Shown: positions 1-12,400 of the stretch, piece by piece
Numbering within the stretch: the first letter of the stretch is position 1
Layout: the number at the start of each line of letters is the position of its first letter
Assembly: GCA_964016885.1 (NCBI GenBank)
Contig: OZ024740.1
Location: 285,758,001 to 285,822,000, forward strand
Direction of reading: 5' to 3'
DNA length: 64,000 nt
Source: Eledone cirrhosa
Lineage: Eukaryota
The notes under the pieces: generated by a model
The model's database searches: none
The model's input: the letters and a program-made list of their open reading frames with translations, nothing else
Told to the model about the DNA's origin: nothing
Translations under genes and position numbers: made by a program

Positions 1-279
1 AATTGTGTAAACCGCAATCAAGAGTTCGTGCCAGAAAGAACATCTAGCTGTAAAACATTGCCTCTAAAAGGGTGCCATGAAAAGTATAATTAAACATGTT
101 ATGGTGTCTGCAAGGCTAATCCTGCTTTAGCAAAGAAAATGACCTTAAAACACTTGTTATTTTTGTTACTAGTTGATTGGTACGTTTTTTAGCAAGTACA
201 TTATAATTTACTTTTACCGTTTACCCTTTATAATATACTTTGTTTCAAATTTTACATTATAAAACCCCAACTAATTAAG

Positions 280-550
280 CATGCTCTGTTGGAGTGTGCA
301 TGCAATGCAAAGCATGGATGAACTGAGAGATTGAGAGAAAAACTGGGCTTACAGGAGATTGTGCTGGAATGGACATGTAATGTGGATGGATGATGATTGT
401 TGGGTGAAGAAGGGCCAAAGTTTCAAGTGGAAGAAAGCATTGGAAGAGGAAGATCAAGAGTATCACAAAGGGAATATCAAGGGAAAGAAAGTAGAGAAAT
501 TAGTACTGAAGAGGACTAATCTAATCCATGTGAGCATGGAAAACCAGATA
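280..550 (+). mobile_element. Degenerate RTE-clade LINE 3' fragment
   Basis: ORF 359-553 (WNGHVMWMDDDCWVKK) resembles the RTE C-terminal LRWYGHVxRM(E/K)DDxWVKK seen at ~15130 and ~44790. Confidence 0.6.
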
Positions 551-1947
551 TAAAAACAATGATTATGATATTCTAATTAGTAATGGATGGCTTTGTAAAC
601 TATAATTTATAGGTATTTGCTCTTAGTTTGGTTAGTATTTTAGTTAACAAGTTTATTATAATATACCTTATTGTTTCTACAGTGACACTATTTTTTCATT
701 TTGGTGAAAGTATATATATTTTTGTTACTAACGGATCTCATGGTTTTATAGAATGTAATCAATCAATACTGATGCACCAAACATGCAGAAAAGGCGGGAA
801 AAAATGCAAATAATTTTCGTTTTTTTTTTATAATTGGAAAGACTTGAGGAACAAGAAACACAATTAAGAAACTGCTACTATGAATGTTTGTGGAAAAAAT
901 AGATATCTCCAAATGTAATTGATTTTTTTTTGGGGGGGGGGGGGCGCTGGCATCTTATCTCCATGATTCAAGACAATTATTCAGTTGATTTTCTTACTTT
1001 TTCCTTTCATATTTCTTCCTTTTTTTTTTTTTCTTTTTTGCAACATTGGAATATGTTTAGAAAGATAAATAAATATATTAATTTAAAAGAAGGATTTTTG
1101 TAGAGGTGTGGTGGTGATAGCCTTATTTGTGGCAGTAATTAAGCTCGCATAAATTAATCTCTGAGCAATTGATATTTTTTAAGTAATCTTATAGTGTAAG
1201 CAGCAAGTCTCTCTGTAAAAAAAAATTGTCAGATATGAACAGTCTACAGCAGTTTTTTTTTTTTTTAGTTTGTTTTATAGTCATTTTCCAGATTTGATCC
1301 TACTGTGTGGCATCATGGGCAAGTTGTTTTTGTTTGTTTGTTTTTTAATACTATGTTCTCATTTGGAAGTCTATTGGATGGACTGTCTCTATAATTCAAA
1401 AGGTCAGCCCTGTCTCACACTGTGTTACACTGAATCTCCTTGAGAATTGAGTTATGGCCACACATGTCTGTGGAATATTCAGCCACTTAAAAAACATTGT
1501 TAACATTACTTGAACAACTAGAGTGCTCATTGTTGAAACTGATGGAATTTTTAGTCAATGTTTTAATTGCGAATAACAATAGAGCATTTGAATATCTGAC
1601 AAATAGTTTTTCATAGTTTTTCTTTAACATAGAAATACCATATATTCATGATGCTGCTAGGAAAAAATACTGCATTCATCTAGAAATGTGCATGAAAGAT
1701 TCTTAATTTTTTCTATCTAATTTAAGAGAGGAGTTTGTGTTAATTGTCATTCCCACTTTCTAGAATCTTTGCTTAAAACTGAATGAATGATAAGAAGGCT
1801 ATTATACCTCTCAAAGCTTTCACAAGGTTGATATATGGATAATTGCATAGATTTGTTGAAAAAAAATATACTATATAAGAAGCAATTCAAGAAGCAATCT
1901 TACATCTTATTGAAAAGAAAAAAAATTTTTTTAATGAAATAAATAAT

Positions 1948-2135
1948 TGTTTCTACTTTTGGCACAAGGCCAGCAAATTACCCAGTGTATTACTGGTACT
2001 TTATTTTATCGACCCCGTAAGGATGAAAGGCAAAGTTAACCTCGGCGGGATTTGAACTCAGAATGGCAAGGGCCGTAACTCTGTGTGTCAAAGCATGGCG
2101 TCCGACCCTCTACCGATACTGCCAATCCACCACCC
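1948..2135 (-). mobile_element. Full-length tRNA-derived SINE (family A) with 18-bp TSD
   Basis: Minus strand has A-box-like TGGCAGTATCGGT, B-box GAGTTCAAATCCC, core GCCTTTCATCCTTACGGGGTCGATAAAATAAAGTACCAG and tail GGCCTTGTGCCAAAAGTAGAAACAAT. TTTAATGAAATAAATAAT is duplicated at 1930-1947 and 2136-2153. Confidence 0.9.
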
Positions 2136-2579
2136 TTTAATGAAATAAATAATGCAGTTGAGTCATTATTAGTACATGAGAGAATGCTTTGCAGTGTTTA
2201 TTCTGGTTTCCTGCTATCTGAGCTCAAACCTCTTGTGAAGCAAACTTAAACATTTGGTTATCCTGTATAATTCATATCATTTTATCTGTGGTTATAATCA
2301 TTTTTCATAGGCAAAACCTGCTATCTTGCTTTAAACCCCCATGTTTTAAGAATAAGAAGAAAATATTATTTTAAAGAGTACAAACAATGCCGGTTTCGGC
2401 CTCCACCCGCTTTCCTGTCGCCATAGTGCATCGCGTAACATTCCATATTTAAGTAAGTAGAAGCTTGGTTGTGGTTATTCGCTTTTCTTAATATTCTTGA
2501 GATAGATAGATAGATAGATAGATAGGATCTTTAGTGGTGTTGAGAAAAGCTAAGGAGTAATAGTGGTAGGTGTGTGGAG

Positions 2580-2700
2580 AAGGTGGTTGACAGCGTAGGT
2601 GAGAATTGGCAATGAGGTCAGTGATGAATTTGAAGAGCAGGTGGCACCTTTATACATGGCTTGCATGGCCCTCACAAATCATTAATCTACAACAATGCCT
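2580..2700 (-). mobile_element. Short degenerate RTE reverse-transcriptase fragment
   Basis: Minus strand reads RAMQAMYKGA, like VRTVKAMYKGA in the RTE copy at ~45560-45600. Confidence 0.45.
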
Positions 2701-3279
2701 GGTGAATTAGTTTGGGAGTATTTTGTTTCAATACAAGAGAGCAATGACATCTCTGTATTATTGTATTATTTCACCCATTTGTGACTGTTTCTAATGAAAA
2801 ACACTGTATTTTATTTAATTGGTGAAGAATCTGAAGGGATTTACTGAAATTATTAATGATTTCATTAATATTGTATTTGTAACATAATTTCACAAAAGGT
2901 TTATGTTGGAAGATTTGAATTTAAATTAGAACCCTTTAAAATGGATGATTTAGTTTCTTGAATTATGATCTACACACAAGTTCAAACAAGACTGATTTTC
3001 TTTGTTTATTTTCGATATTTGCTGTGTGTATCTGATTTAAAATAGATACACTGTATCCTCACATGCCACATAAGGCAACTAAAATGATTGGTACCAAGAA
3101 GAGCATTTGGCTGTAAAACATTGCCTTAAAAAGGACCTCATGGTGAGTATGGTTAAACCTGCCATGGGGTCCGCCAGGCTAATCTGTAGCAGGAACAATT
3201 GCTTTGAAGTGCTTGTATTTTCTATATTTTGTGAATGTTAAAGCATCTGGCTGAGAGCCAATGAGAGAGCTTTATATTT

Positions 3280-3430
3280 AGCAACTCAACCTGCCAGAAA
3301 TAGCAGCCAAATCTCACCTCAAATTACATTCCACACTTTTAAAAAGGAAGGGCACTGGGTAATATAGTTATAGGTGTCTGAAAAATGTAGATGAGGTGGT
3401 CATGAATGGAATGCATTTGATCACAGCTGA
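3280..3430. repeat. Interspersed repeat; related copy in opposite orientation at ~59640-59835
   Basis: AGAAATAGCAGCCAAATCTCACCTCAAATTACATTCCA matches the reverse complement of TGGAATGTAATTTGGGTGTGGTTTTGCTGCTACTTCT near 59770. Confidence 0.55.
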
Positions 3431-3625
3431 TGATGATTCACTATGCCATGAATTAAGATTAAGAAGCTGGGGAGATTTTAATAGTTGCTGGATAGTTATC
3501 ATTGAGAAAAGATCAGTCATATCTATTAATAAACTCTCCATGGTTCGAAGGATTAAATCTCTTATTAAAAGTCTATTCCAGATTACTTTTTTTTTCTTTC
3601 CCAATTGAAATGAGATTTATTTGCC

Positions 3626-3807
3626 TGACACACCATCTCCTTATGTTTTGAGAGTGTTGTGGTGTTTTCCAGGTGGTAATGACTGAATTAAATGTTGTGC
3701 TGGTACAGGTGACTTTTGAAAGAAATGCTCTGTTGCCTGCACCAGCATAATAGTTCATCCCAGCTGGAAAACACTGCTACATCCTCAAAGAACATTGGTG
3801 TGTGTCT
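3626..3807 (+). other. Long imperfect hairpin (old MITE or structured intronic RNA)
   Basis: Pairings 3643-3676 with 3760-3795 and 3695-3713 with 3732-3750. Confidence 0.6.
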
Positions 3808-3814
3808 GTGAATG

Positions 3815-3864
<50 letters not shown>

Positions 3865-4306
3865 AACCCGTGCTAACATGGAAGATAGACGTTAAACGAT
3901 GATGTTACATACACATACATACATCATTTGTTGTCATTTCTTATGTAAAGTCTAGCTAAGCATCCTAAGATCATACCTCACTACATTTTCTTTAGTCTTT
4001 TTTTGTAAACTCCTTCTGCTATCATCATTTGAAACATATTTTTACCCAAATGTATTCCTTCATATGTATCACATGATCATACCAGTATAGACTATTCTTA
4101 TGCACATTATGGCTGATTCCCTTGATGCCTGTTTTGTTTGGGGGATTTTTTGCCTCATTTTTTTTACAACTTTGCACGTCCTCTACGTTCAATGATCATG
4201 TCTTGCTACTCTGTATGCCAGTTTTATAATCTACTCATCACTGAAAGAGAGAGGGAGAGGGCCTCATTGTTAAAATTAGTTATACCTGTGAGTGCATGCG
4301 TGTTTT

Positions 4307-4522
4307 ATCATCATCATCATCATCATTTTTATATCCTTTTTTCTATGCTTGCATGGGTTGGATGGGCCCTTTTCAGCACATCTCTCCACTCGTCACATTC
4401 GTTTATAATTTCCTCTGTGATTCTCAGTGCCTTGAGATCAGCTCTCACCACCTCTGCTCAGGTCTCTTGTAGTCTACCTTTACTGCGGTTTTCTTCCACT
4501 GGGATTTCTTAGCACTTCTTCG
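4307..4522 (-). mobile_element. RTE LINE 3' end fragment with (GAT)n tail
   Basis: Reverse complement resembles 15170-15394; (CAT)n at 4307-4326. Confidence 0.75.
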
Positions 4523-4689
4523 CTCAGTTTATATATATATAAGTGCATATCCCTATTATACTCTTTAGTAAAGTCCAGTCTATTGCAACTATTTCCCCCT
4601 TACCAGTCTTGGAAACTCCAAAGTTTATGGGCACTGCCCTTCCTTCTGAGTAAGTGATAAAAAAATGAGCTCTTGTAATATTATTTGTT

Positions 4690-5005
4690 CTTTTTGTAAA
4701 GGCATGTTGCTTAGTGATCATAAAGTTGTGAGTTCCATTCCTTGGACCAGGTGGCACATTGATGTCCTTGAGCAAGATACTTTATTTTACATTGCTCCTG
4801 TTGACTCAGCTGGAAAACATGTTATCATGACACTAGTGCCAAGATCTATCAACTTTTATCTTTCCCTTGGGCAACACCAGTGACACGAGGAGGGGAACAA
4901 GCATGCATGAGTAACTGCTCAACTTCCTTAAAACATCTTCCTCTGCCTTGTGCCTTGGAGAAGCACGCTCCAGGTGCAAACCCATGGTCAATCATGACCC
5001 AAGTT
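4690..5005 (+). mobile_element. CORE-type tRNA SINE, degenerate (related copies ~30090-30340 +, ~37180-37370 -, ~38445-38595 -, ~62255-62580 -)
   Basis: GTCCTTGAGCAAGATACTTTATT...TTGCTCC..TTGACTCAGCTG core shared among the listed copies. Confidence 0.6.
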
Positions 5006-5639
5006 GGGGGGTGGGGAGCTTATTATATTGAGTTTTAAATCTCACACCTCAATATTGGTGTCTGAAACAGTCAAAGAATCAAATGTAATGAGAAGGTTAG
5101 ATTCTATTTGACTGGTGAATTTCCCCTCCCAATTTATTTCTATTCATGGTTTTGTGGATATATATTACACTAGGCATCACCTTCCTGCTACTGAATGAGA
5201 AAACAAGGGAAGACGTCAGATGTCTAAGAAATGAGAAACATTTTTGAAAAGTAATTTTGGAGTTGCTCACAGGATTCTCTGCTAATAACTAAACCCCTGG
5301 TGCCACATTCCTTTTTGAATGAAGAATGAAGGAGGGGGGGGGGGAGAGAGAAAAAGGAAAATACATACAAGTAACTTGAAAAGATAAATGGGTTTTCTTT
5401 TTCTTTTCTTTCTCTCTTAACTTATTAGGTGAGCAAGCCTTTAATACAAATTTCCTTCAATATAGTTTAAAAAAATCTCCTCTAAATTAAAACAGTCTGT
5501 TACTGAAGTGAAATCTGATGGATCTCACACATGCATACACACAGAAATGTATGTGTGTGCACACACACAGAAACAAGTCCATATGTGTGCACATACACAG
5601 ACAGACACATGGGAATAAGCATACACACACACACATACA

Positions 5640-5855
5640 CACAGAGGAATATACCCAAATGTATGCACATACACAGCCAGACATGGGCATAACCACACAC
5701 ACGCACACATACACACACATACATACACACACTCACATAGAGGAATATACCCAAATGTATGCACATACACAGCCAGACATGGGCATAACCACACACACAC
5801 ACATACACACACACACACACACACTCACATAGAGGAATATGCCCAAATGTGTATA
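5640..5855. repeat. Compound tandem repeat: AGAGGAATATACCCAAATGTATGCACATACACAGCCAGACATGGGCATAACC plus (CA)n, 2 full and 1 partial copies
   Basis: Unit starts at ~5643, ~5739 and ~5829. Confidence 0.85.
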
Positions 5856-5907
5856 CATTCACACAGACAAACATGGACATAAGCATACACACTCACACAC
5901 ACACTCT

Positions 5908-5964
5908 GTACAAGTACAACCATACACACACTCGTACTGATAGACAGAGACTCAGGTACTGAAT

Positions 5965-5995
<31 letters not shown>

Positions 5996-6107
5996 ACACA
6001 CAGACACACACACAGACACACACACAGACACAGACACACACACACACAGACTACAAGTACAACCATACACACACTCGTACTGATAGACAGAGACTCAGGT
6101 ACTGAAT

Positions 6108-6138
<31 letters not shown>

Positions 6139-6394
6139 ACACACAGACACAGACACACACACACACAGACTACAAGTACAACCATACACACACTCGTACT
6201 GATACACAGAGACTCAGGTACTGAATCGCACACGCACACACACAGACACAGACACAAACACACACACATACACACACAGACACAGACACAGACACACACA
6301 CACACACACACAGACACACACACACAGACTACAAGTACAACCATACACACACTCGTACTGATACACAGAGCCTCAGGTACTGAATCACACGCGC

Positions 6395-6433
<39 letters not shown>

Positions 6434-6434
6434 G

Positions 6435-6466
<32 letters not shown>

Positions 6467-6544
6467 TACAAGTACAACCATACACACACTCGTACTGATA
6501 CACAGAGACTCAGGTACTGAATCACACACACACACACACACACA

Positions 6545-6581
<37 letters not shown>

Positions 6582-6634
6582 CAAGTACAACCATACACAC
6601 ACTCGTACTGATAGACAGAGACTCAGGTACTGAA

Positions 6635-6670
<36 letters not shown>

Positions 6671-6680
6671 ACACACACAG
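5908..6680. repeat. Compound minisatellite: ~57-bp constant unit plus variable (CA)n/(CAGA) spacer, 6 copies
   Basis: TACAAGTACAACCATACACACACTCGTACTGATA(G/C)ACAGAGACTCAGGTACTGAATC recurs at ~5909, 6052, 6171, 6330, 6466 and 6580. Confidence 0.92.
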
Positions 6681-7568
6681 GCACTCCTCCTTACATAATT
6701 TGTTTGTTGTTGTTGTTTCAAATTATAATCTAATTTTATTTGGTTATTTGAAATATGGCAGATAGGGTGTCGGGAGCTCCTCTAGATTCTGAATTTATCA
6801 AAGTGGAATTTGTAATTAGGTAAAGAAATAGTGGAAGTATGATAGGAACTAGAGATGGGAGTGGAGCAGTGTGTTAGGGGTGATGCTGAAGAGCAGCTAA
6901 AACCATGTATTATTTGCTACTTCACTTCATAATTAATTATTTCATATTTGCTAAGCCTCATTCATTAACTATAATTGTAAATTTTTATATATTTCATTAC
7001 CATCAATGACTGCCTTGGTGTGTGTGTGTGGGGGGGGGGGGTATTTGGTGTGTGTGGGTCTCAACAGGGATATGGGAGTGTGCCTGAGCATATGTGTGTG
7101 CATGGGTTTCTGCATGTATATGTATGTGGATGCAGTGTGTGTGTGTGTGACAGTGAATGTGTGCATGTCCGTCCAGGTGAGTGTGGTATTTGGTGTGTGG
7201 GTCTCAACATGTATATGGGAGTGCACCTGAGCGTGTGTGTGTGTGTGTTTGTTTGTTTGTTTGTTTGTTTGTTGAGTGTGTGGCTTTCTGCATGTATACG
7301 TATGTGGATTGTGTGTGTGTGTGTATATATGTGTGAATAAGTGTGTGTGTGTGTGTGTATCTATGTGAGTGGGATTGAGTGTATGGGCCTCTCTATGTAT
7401 AACAGAGTATGTCTAAGTGTGTGTATGTATGTGTTTCTGGCTGAATGTTAGTGTATGTGCATGCTTGTATCCATGTGTGTGTACATGCATTTTGTGTGTG
7501 TGTTTGTATTCCATTTTATTTTGTATCAGTGAATTATTTGTTATGATTAATAAATCATTATTATTAGT

Positions 7569-7604
<36 letters not shown>

Positions 7605-8468
7605 GGAATAATTAAGAATGATTTTTATGGTATTATAAATGCTAATATCTGGTCACCATCATCACCACCACAGGTTTTATTGCTAACAATGTTGTCTGTG
7701 ATGTTTTATAATGTATCGTTTGTAGCTCAATGATGCCTAGTGGTGCTGTCATTTTGGCCCCAATTTCAAATTAAACACCCAGACAGCCTGACTAAATTTC
7801 ATCTTTCAAATGAATATTTTCACACTGATTCCATTTAGAATAGAATTTTTATATTTGATATGTTATTTTATTTTTTATTATTAATATTATGTTTTTTTGT
7901 TTTGTTTGCGCTTTCATGAAATATAGTAGAGTAAACTGTGAATCTTCTATACTTGGTTTAAAAACACTTGAGTGTACTTGGCTGTTATAGTGCTTCAGCC
8001 ACGCTATCAGTCACAGTAATGCTGTAAGTGCTTCATGTAATTGATGAAGCATGCATGTCTTTTGCTTTTTTTGTTTGTTTTTTGGCTCATTTACTTTGTT
8101 AATTATATTCTTTTGTTGGTTTCAGTCTTTAGACGGCTGCCATGGTATTAGCACAGCCTTGATTTAGTCAATCATTATTTAGTCAATCAAGTCTGGTACT
8201 TTATTTTATCCACCTTTTTTTTTGTCTGGTTCTACAATTCCAAACTGCTTATTTTAAAGTGTTTATACTTATCTAAAAAACCTTCCTCAATCCTTTTAAA
8301 GTTCCAAATACCAATTTAATAATGAGAAAGTTAGTTACATGATTTAATTCATCCAAATTCTTGATAATTTTCAAAATTATTTGAAAACCATAGGCAGTGT
8401 TTTTCATTAGAAATATGGTATAACGGTATAACAAAAGGGTTAAAATATATAGGTGCTTGCAAGCGTGC

Positions 8469-8517
<49 letters not shown>

Positions 8518-8704
8518 TTCAGCCAACTGTACCAGTAGAAAAATCAAGAATTAGTAAATAGATTTAACAGCTTGTGTCCATTGTTGAATGGCTGGTTATC
8601 AAAACATAAAACACCTGCTTCAATATTTCATTGTAACATTAGCTGAACATCCAACCCCATGCTGTCATGGAAAAGGGAGAAAAAATCAGGGAGAAATTTG
8701 TAAA

Positions 8705-9045
8705 TAATAATTGTTTCTATTTTTGGCACAAGGCCACCAATTATCCCAGTGTATTACTGGTACTTTATTTTATCAACCCCATAAGGATGAAAGGCAAAGT
8801 TAACCCCGGTGGGATTTCTAAATAATAATGGTTTCTAATTTAGGCACATGGTCAGCAATTTGGGGAAAAGGATAAGTTGGTTATATCAAGCCCCAGTACT
8901 TCACTGGTACTTTATTTTCTTAGCCCCAGAAGAATGAAAGGCAAAGTTGACCTCGGTAAGATTTGAACTCAGAATGTTAGGAACTATAGCTGAATAAATA
9001 CTACAAAGTATTTTGTCTGATGCTCCAATGATTCTGCAAATCCAG
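8705..9045 (-). mobile_element. Two adjacent family A SINE copies (one truncated, one older)
   Basis: Core CTGGTACTTTATTTT...GAAAGGCAAAGTT occurs at ~8757 and ~8904. Confidence 0.8.
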
Positions 9046-11062
9046 GCTGAATGTTGTAAAAACAAAGAAACATCAATCCGAGACCTTCTCACTCCTGTTG
9101 TAGGAACCTGGTTGACCTCTACTGCTTTCTGTTTGGTTTTGGTAATGTCAAGGATGTAGCCGTACTCACCATGCTTAGCCAATTGTGGGTTGGTGAAGCT
9201 GAGGAGTTCATCCACCCTTTTAACAGCTCATGTTTTTTGTGTTACTGGGGTTCCACTTACTCTCCTCACTAGACCTTTTATAGCTGGGTATTAACAATAA
9301 CCACTTAAATATAAAAGTGGTGACTTGGCTGAGTTGTTAGGGCTTCAGATTAAATGCCTCAGTATTTGTTTTGCCCCATTGCACTCACAAATCTCAGAGA
9401 AGTCAACTTTCCCTTTTATCCTTTTGAGATTGATAAAGTACCAGTCCAGTACTGGGGTCGATTCTTCCTCTGTCTCTCTTTATCACTTTCTCGGCTGTGT
9501 TAAGATCTGGGGAAGAATGGGCTTCACAAGGTTTAAAATGTTCAAGTCATGCAGTATCTTAGGACACCCCTCTGACTCCATCAGGACTTAAGGGCCTTTT
9601 CCTTTATTTCTTGAATACCTTTGAAACTTGGTAGACTTGATCTGTCACAACTATATACCTAACAAAATAACATTGACCATGTGTTACAATTTTGAGAATA
9701 ATGAATTTGGAAAATTTTGTAAAATATCTAAAAAAAAAAATCAATTATTATCCTCACATAACATATTTTAACCTTTTCATTGCCATATTTCCAATGAAAA
9801 ACACTGTATGTGATTTTCAAATAATTTGGAAAATAATGTGGTTGGAAAGGCATTCAGCCGTAGAAAGCCTGCCAAACAAAGGGTCAGGAAGACCCTTCAA
9901 CTGCATCAAAGACATAACAACTTTCCTAGTGCTGGTGTTATAATAAAATGCACTTGATAGAGCACAGAATCATCTATAAATGAGATGCATCTCACTGTCC
10001 CATCTGAGAAATCAGTAGCTCCACTTGAGTACTGACTCACTTTGTGAAGACTCATCCAATCCTTGTTAGTGGGGAACATTTAAGTTAAATAATAATGATG
10101 ATGATGATGATGATTTCCTTATTACAATGGTATTTTAACATAACTTAACAAAAGGTCCTTATATGGAATTATGTTGAAAGGTATTAGCTTAAATACCCCT
10201 TTAAAATGGGTGGTTGTGATTCATGGAACCAGAGGCAGTCTAAGACAAAAGGGTTAGTCAGCTTTGCAGAAGCAGAGAAAAGTAGTTGATTGGACAAACA
10301 CTTTGTATTAACATCTTTATATTATATTTCATTGGACGCAGCAGGGTTGAATGGTTAAGAGGTTCACTTGGACAAGTGTCTTTTATCATGCTCCAGATTT
10401 ACTCTGGCATTTTGTGTGAAATTGGGTAGATATAAACTGTATGGAAACCCGTCAAATGGACAATACTTGTGATTCAAAGGGCCAACCTTGCCACACACTG
10501 GGAATTAAGTTAAAGGTTTATGTGTATGTGGAACACTCGGCCACTTGCCTATTAATATAATAAATAGGCTATTCCATTCGTTGAACAACTGGAATCCTCA
10601 TCATTAGAAGTGATGGAGATCTATTTAAGCCTTTTATATCTTTTATACTATGTTGTTCCAAGATTTAGAATATAAAATATATACCCTCTGTACTAATGAT
10701 ACAAGGTAGTTACTTTTAGATAAGATTTGGTTGTTGCATTAGAAGCTAAATCTGTGTGAAAGTTCCCTAATTGCTTCATAGGATTCCTTGGTGTAGCAAT
10801 GAGAAATTTGGTGTCAGTATTCCAATGTTATTCATATCTGTTATTAAAATTTACTGTTGCCAGAATAATCACCAAAGAATTTCTTTTTTAATTATTATTA
10901 AAGAAAATTAAATCTAATTTATTTGGCAAGAATTTAAAAAGCCGCTATATAAGGAAAGGCAGCTGTTATGTTGATATAATATATGTCAATTATCTCGGAC
11001 ATATCATCCCTCACCTGCTATTTAATTCCTCCAAAACTAAAACAACTATTGTTGTTTTAGTG

Positions 11063-11339
11063 CAGAGCTTCTCAAAGTGGGTGCTCCCCCCCCCCCCCGT
11101 TGAGAAGGTCCAGGGGGCACTGGGGTCTAAAGGGATGGAGAGGGGGTAGAGATGATATAATAGTGTATTAAATATCAAATGATACATATTAATATAATAT
11201 TTATTTATTATATATAAATTAACGATTTTATTATATATTATTTACAACTTGCAGGTCTCTCTGGAAATAGGGTTGGGAGCACTGAGGTTATTACGGGGTC
11301 GTGAGATGGGCAGTTACCCACAGAGTTTGAGAACCTCTA
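11063..11339. mobile_element. hAT/Charlie-like MITE
   Basis: Termini CAGAGCTTCTCAAA ... TTTGAGAACCTCTA; 8-bp flanks TTTTAGTG and CTTTAATG match at 6 of 8. Confidence 0.65.
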
Positions 11340-11484
11340 CTTTAATGTAATAATTGTTAGCATCATTTTTACATGCTGGAAATGGTTAGACACAACCTTT
11401 TTAGAGGCAGTTTTTTTTCTCTAGCTGGCTGTCCTTCTTGATGCCAACTTATACACACATTTTATGTATCCTTCAACTGCCCAG

Positions 11485-12060
11485 ATGGTTCTATAGAAAT
11501 AGTAGACACTTTCCGTTACCTGGGTGACAAAATCAACAGTGGAGGAGGGTGTTCTGAAAGTACAGTAGCCAGAGTAAGAACAGGATGGAAAAAGTTTAGA
11601 GAGCTAATAGTATCGTTGACCACAAAAGGTTTCTCTCTAAAAATGAAAGGCAGATTGTATGATGCTTGTATATGAACAGCAATGTTACATAGTAGTGAGA
11701 CCTGGGCATTGTGTGCAGAGTATCTGTGCAGATTGGAAACAAAGCATGCATGCTCTGATGGATGTGTAATAGTAATATACATGAATGGCAAAGTGTAAAT
11801 GAAATCAGGCATAAGAGGGATCTGATGCAGTTTACTAGAGATGAGATTACGTTGGTATGGTCATGTGTTGCGTATGGAGGATGACAGCTGTATAAAAAAG
11901 TACAGACGATCAAAATTGATGGAAGATATGGAGTAGGTAGACCTCAAAAGACCTGGGATGAGGTGATAAAAGCTGCTGACCATGCACACTTGCACCTCTT
12001 TAAGACAATGACATAGGATCGAGATCTTTGGCACTATGCAGTAATACAGAAGACCTGCCT
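11485..12060 (+). mobile_element. Older RTE LINE 3' fragment
   Basis: Translates to SIEIVDTFRYLGDKINSGGGCSESTVARVRTGWKKFREL and RLRWYGHVLRMEDD, with stops and frameshifts. Confidence 0.85.
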
Positions 12061-12139
12061 TCCCTTGCACACAGACTTAAATTTACACTCCGTAGGCACC
12101 TCTTAATCCAATATACCCCCCCACTTCCGCCCACACCAC

Positions 12140-12400
12140 ACTTACTCTGTAAAGTTATGTTGGTACCACAAAACATTCAGCCTACACTGTAAAGTGGTTG
12201 TGTAGGTGTCACAACAAAAAACACCCAGCACACACTGTAAATGTGGTTGGTGTTAGGAAGGGCATCCAGCCTTAGAAAACCAAGTAAAAACAGTCCTATA
12301 TGAGTGAGACATGGTCACCAGCTTGTTTCAAATGGGATGACCCGTCTAATCTTCTAATCCATGCTAGAGTGGAAGATAGACATTAAACGATGATGATGAT
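12140..12400 (+). mobile_element. SINE with RTE-like 3' tail (related copies ~26860-27132 +, ~24450-24690 -, ~38258-38430 -, ~39381-39620 -)
   Basis: GGTTGGTGTTAGGAAGGGCATCCAGC motif; tail CCATGCTAG..TGGAAG..GAC(A/G)T(T/A)AAACG(A/G)TGATGAT resembles the RTE 3' end at 15345-15394. Confidence 0.7.

Noticed and set aside
1200-1250. SLCK..IVRYE-like peptide resembling the preceding RAPGEF exon
   Set aside because: The A9 run breaks the frame and there are no suitable splice sites.
1948-2135. tRNA gene calls at SINE heads
   Set aside because: A and B boxes are present but I see no complete cloverleaf; they are heads of a high-copy SINE.
5908-6680. CRISPR-like repeat/spacer appearance
   Set aside because: Spacers are (CA)n microsatellite, the unit is ~57 bp, there are no cas genes and the context is eukaryotic.
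5487-7611. Many Cys/Val- or His/Thr-rich ORFs (also ~31900-34500 and ~42300-42900)
   Set aside because: Translations of (CA)n, (TG)n and (TA)n microsatellites.
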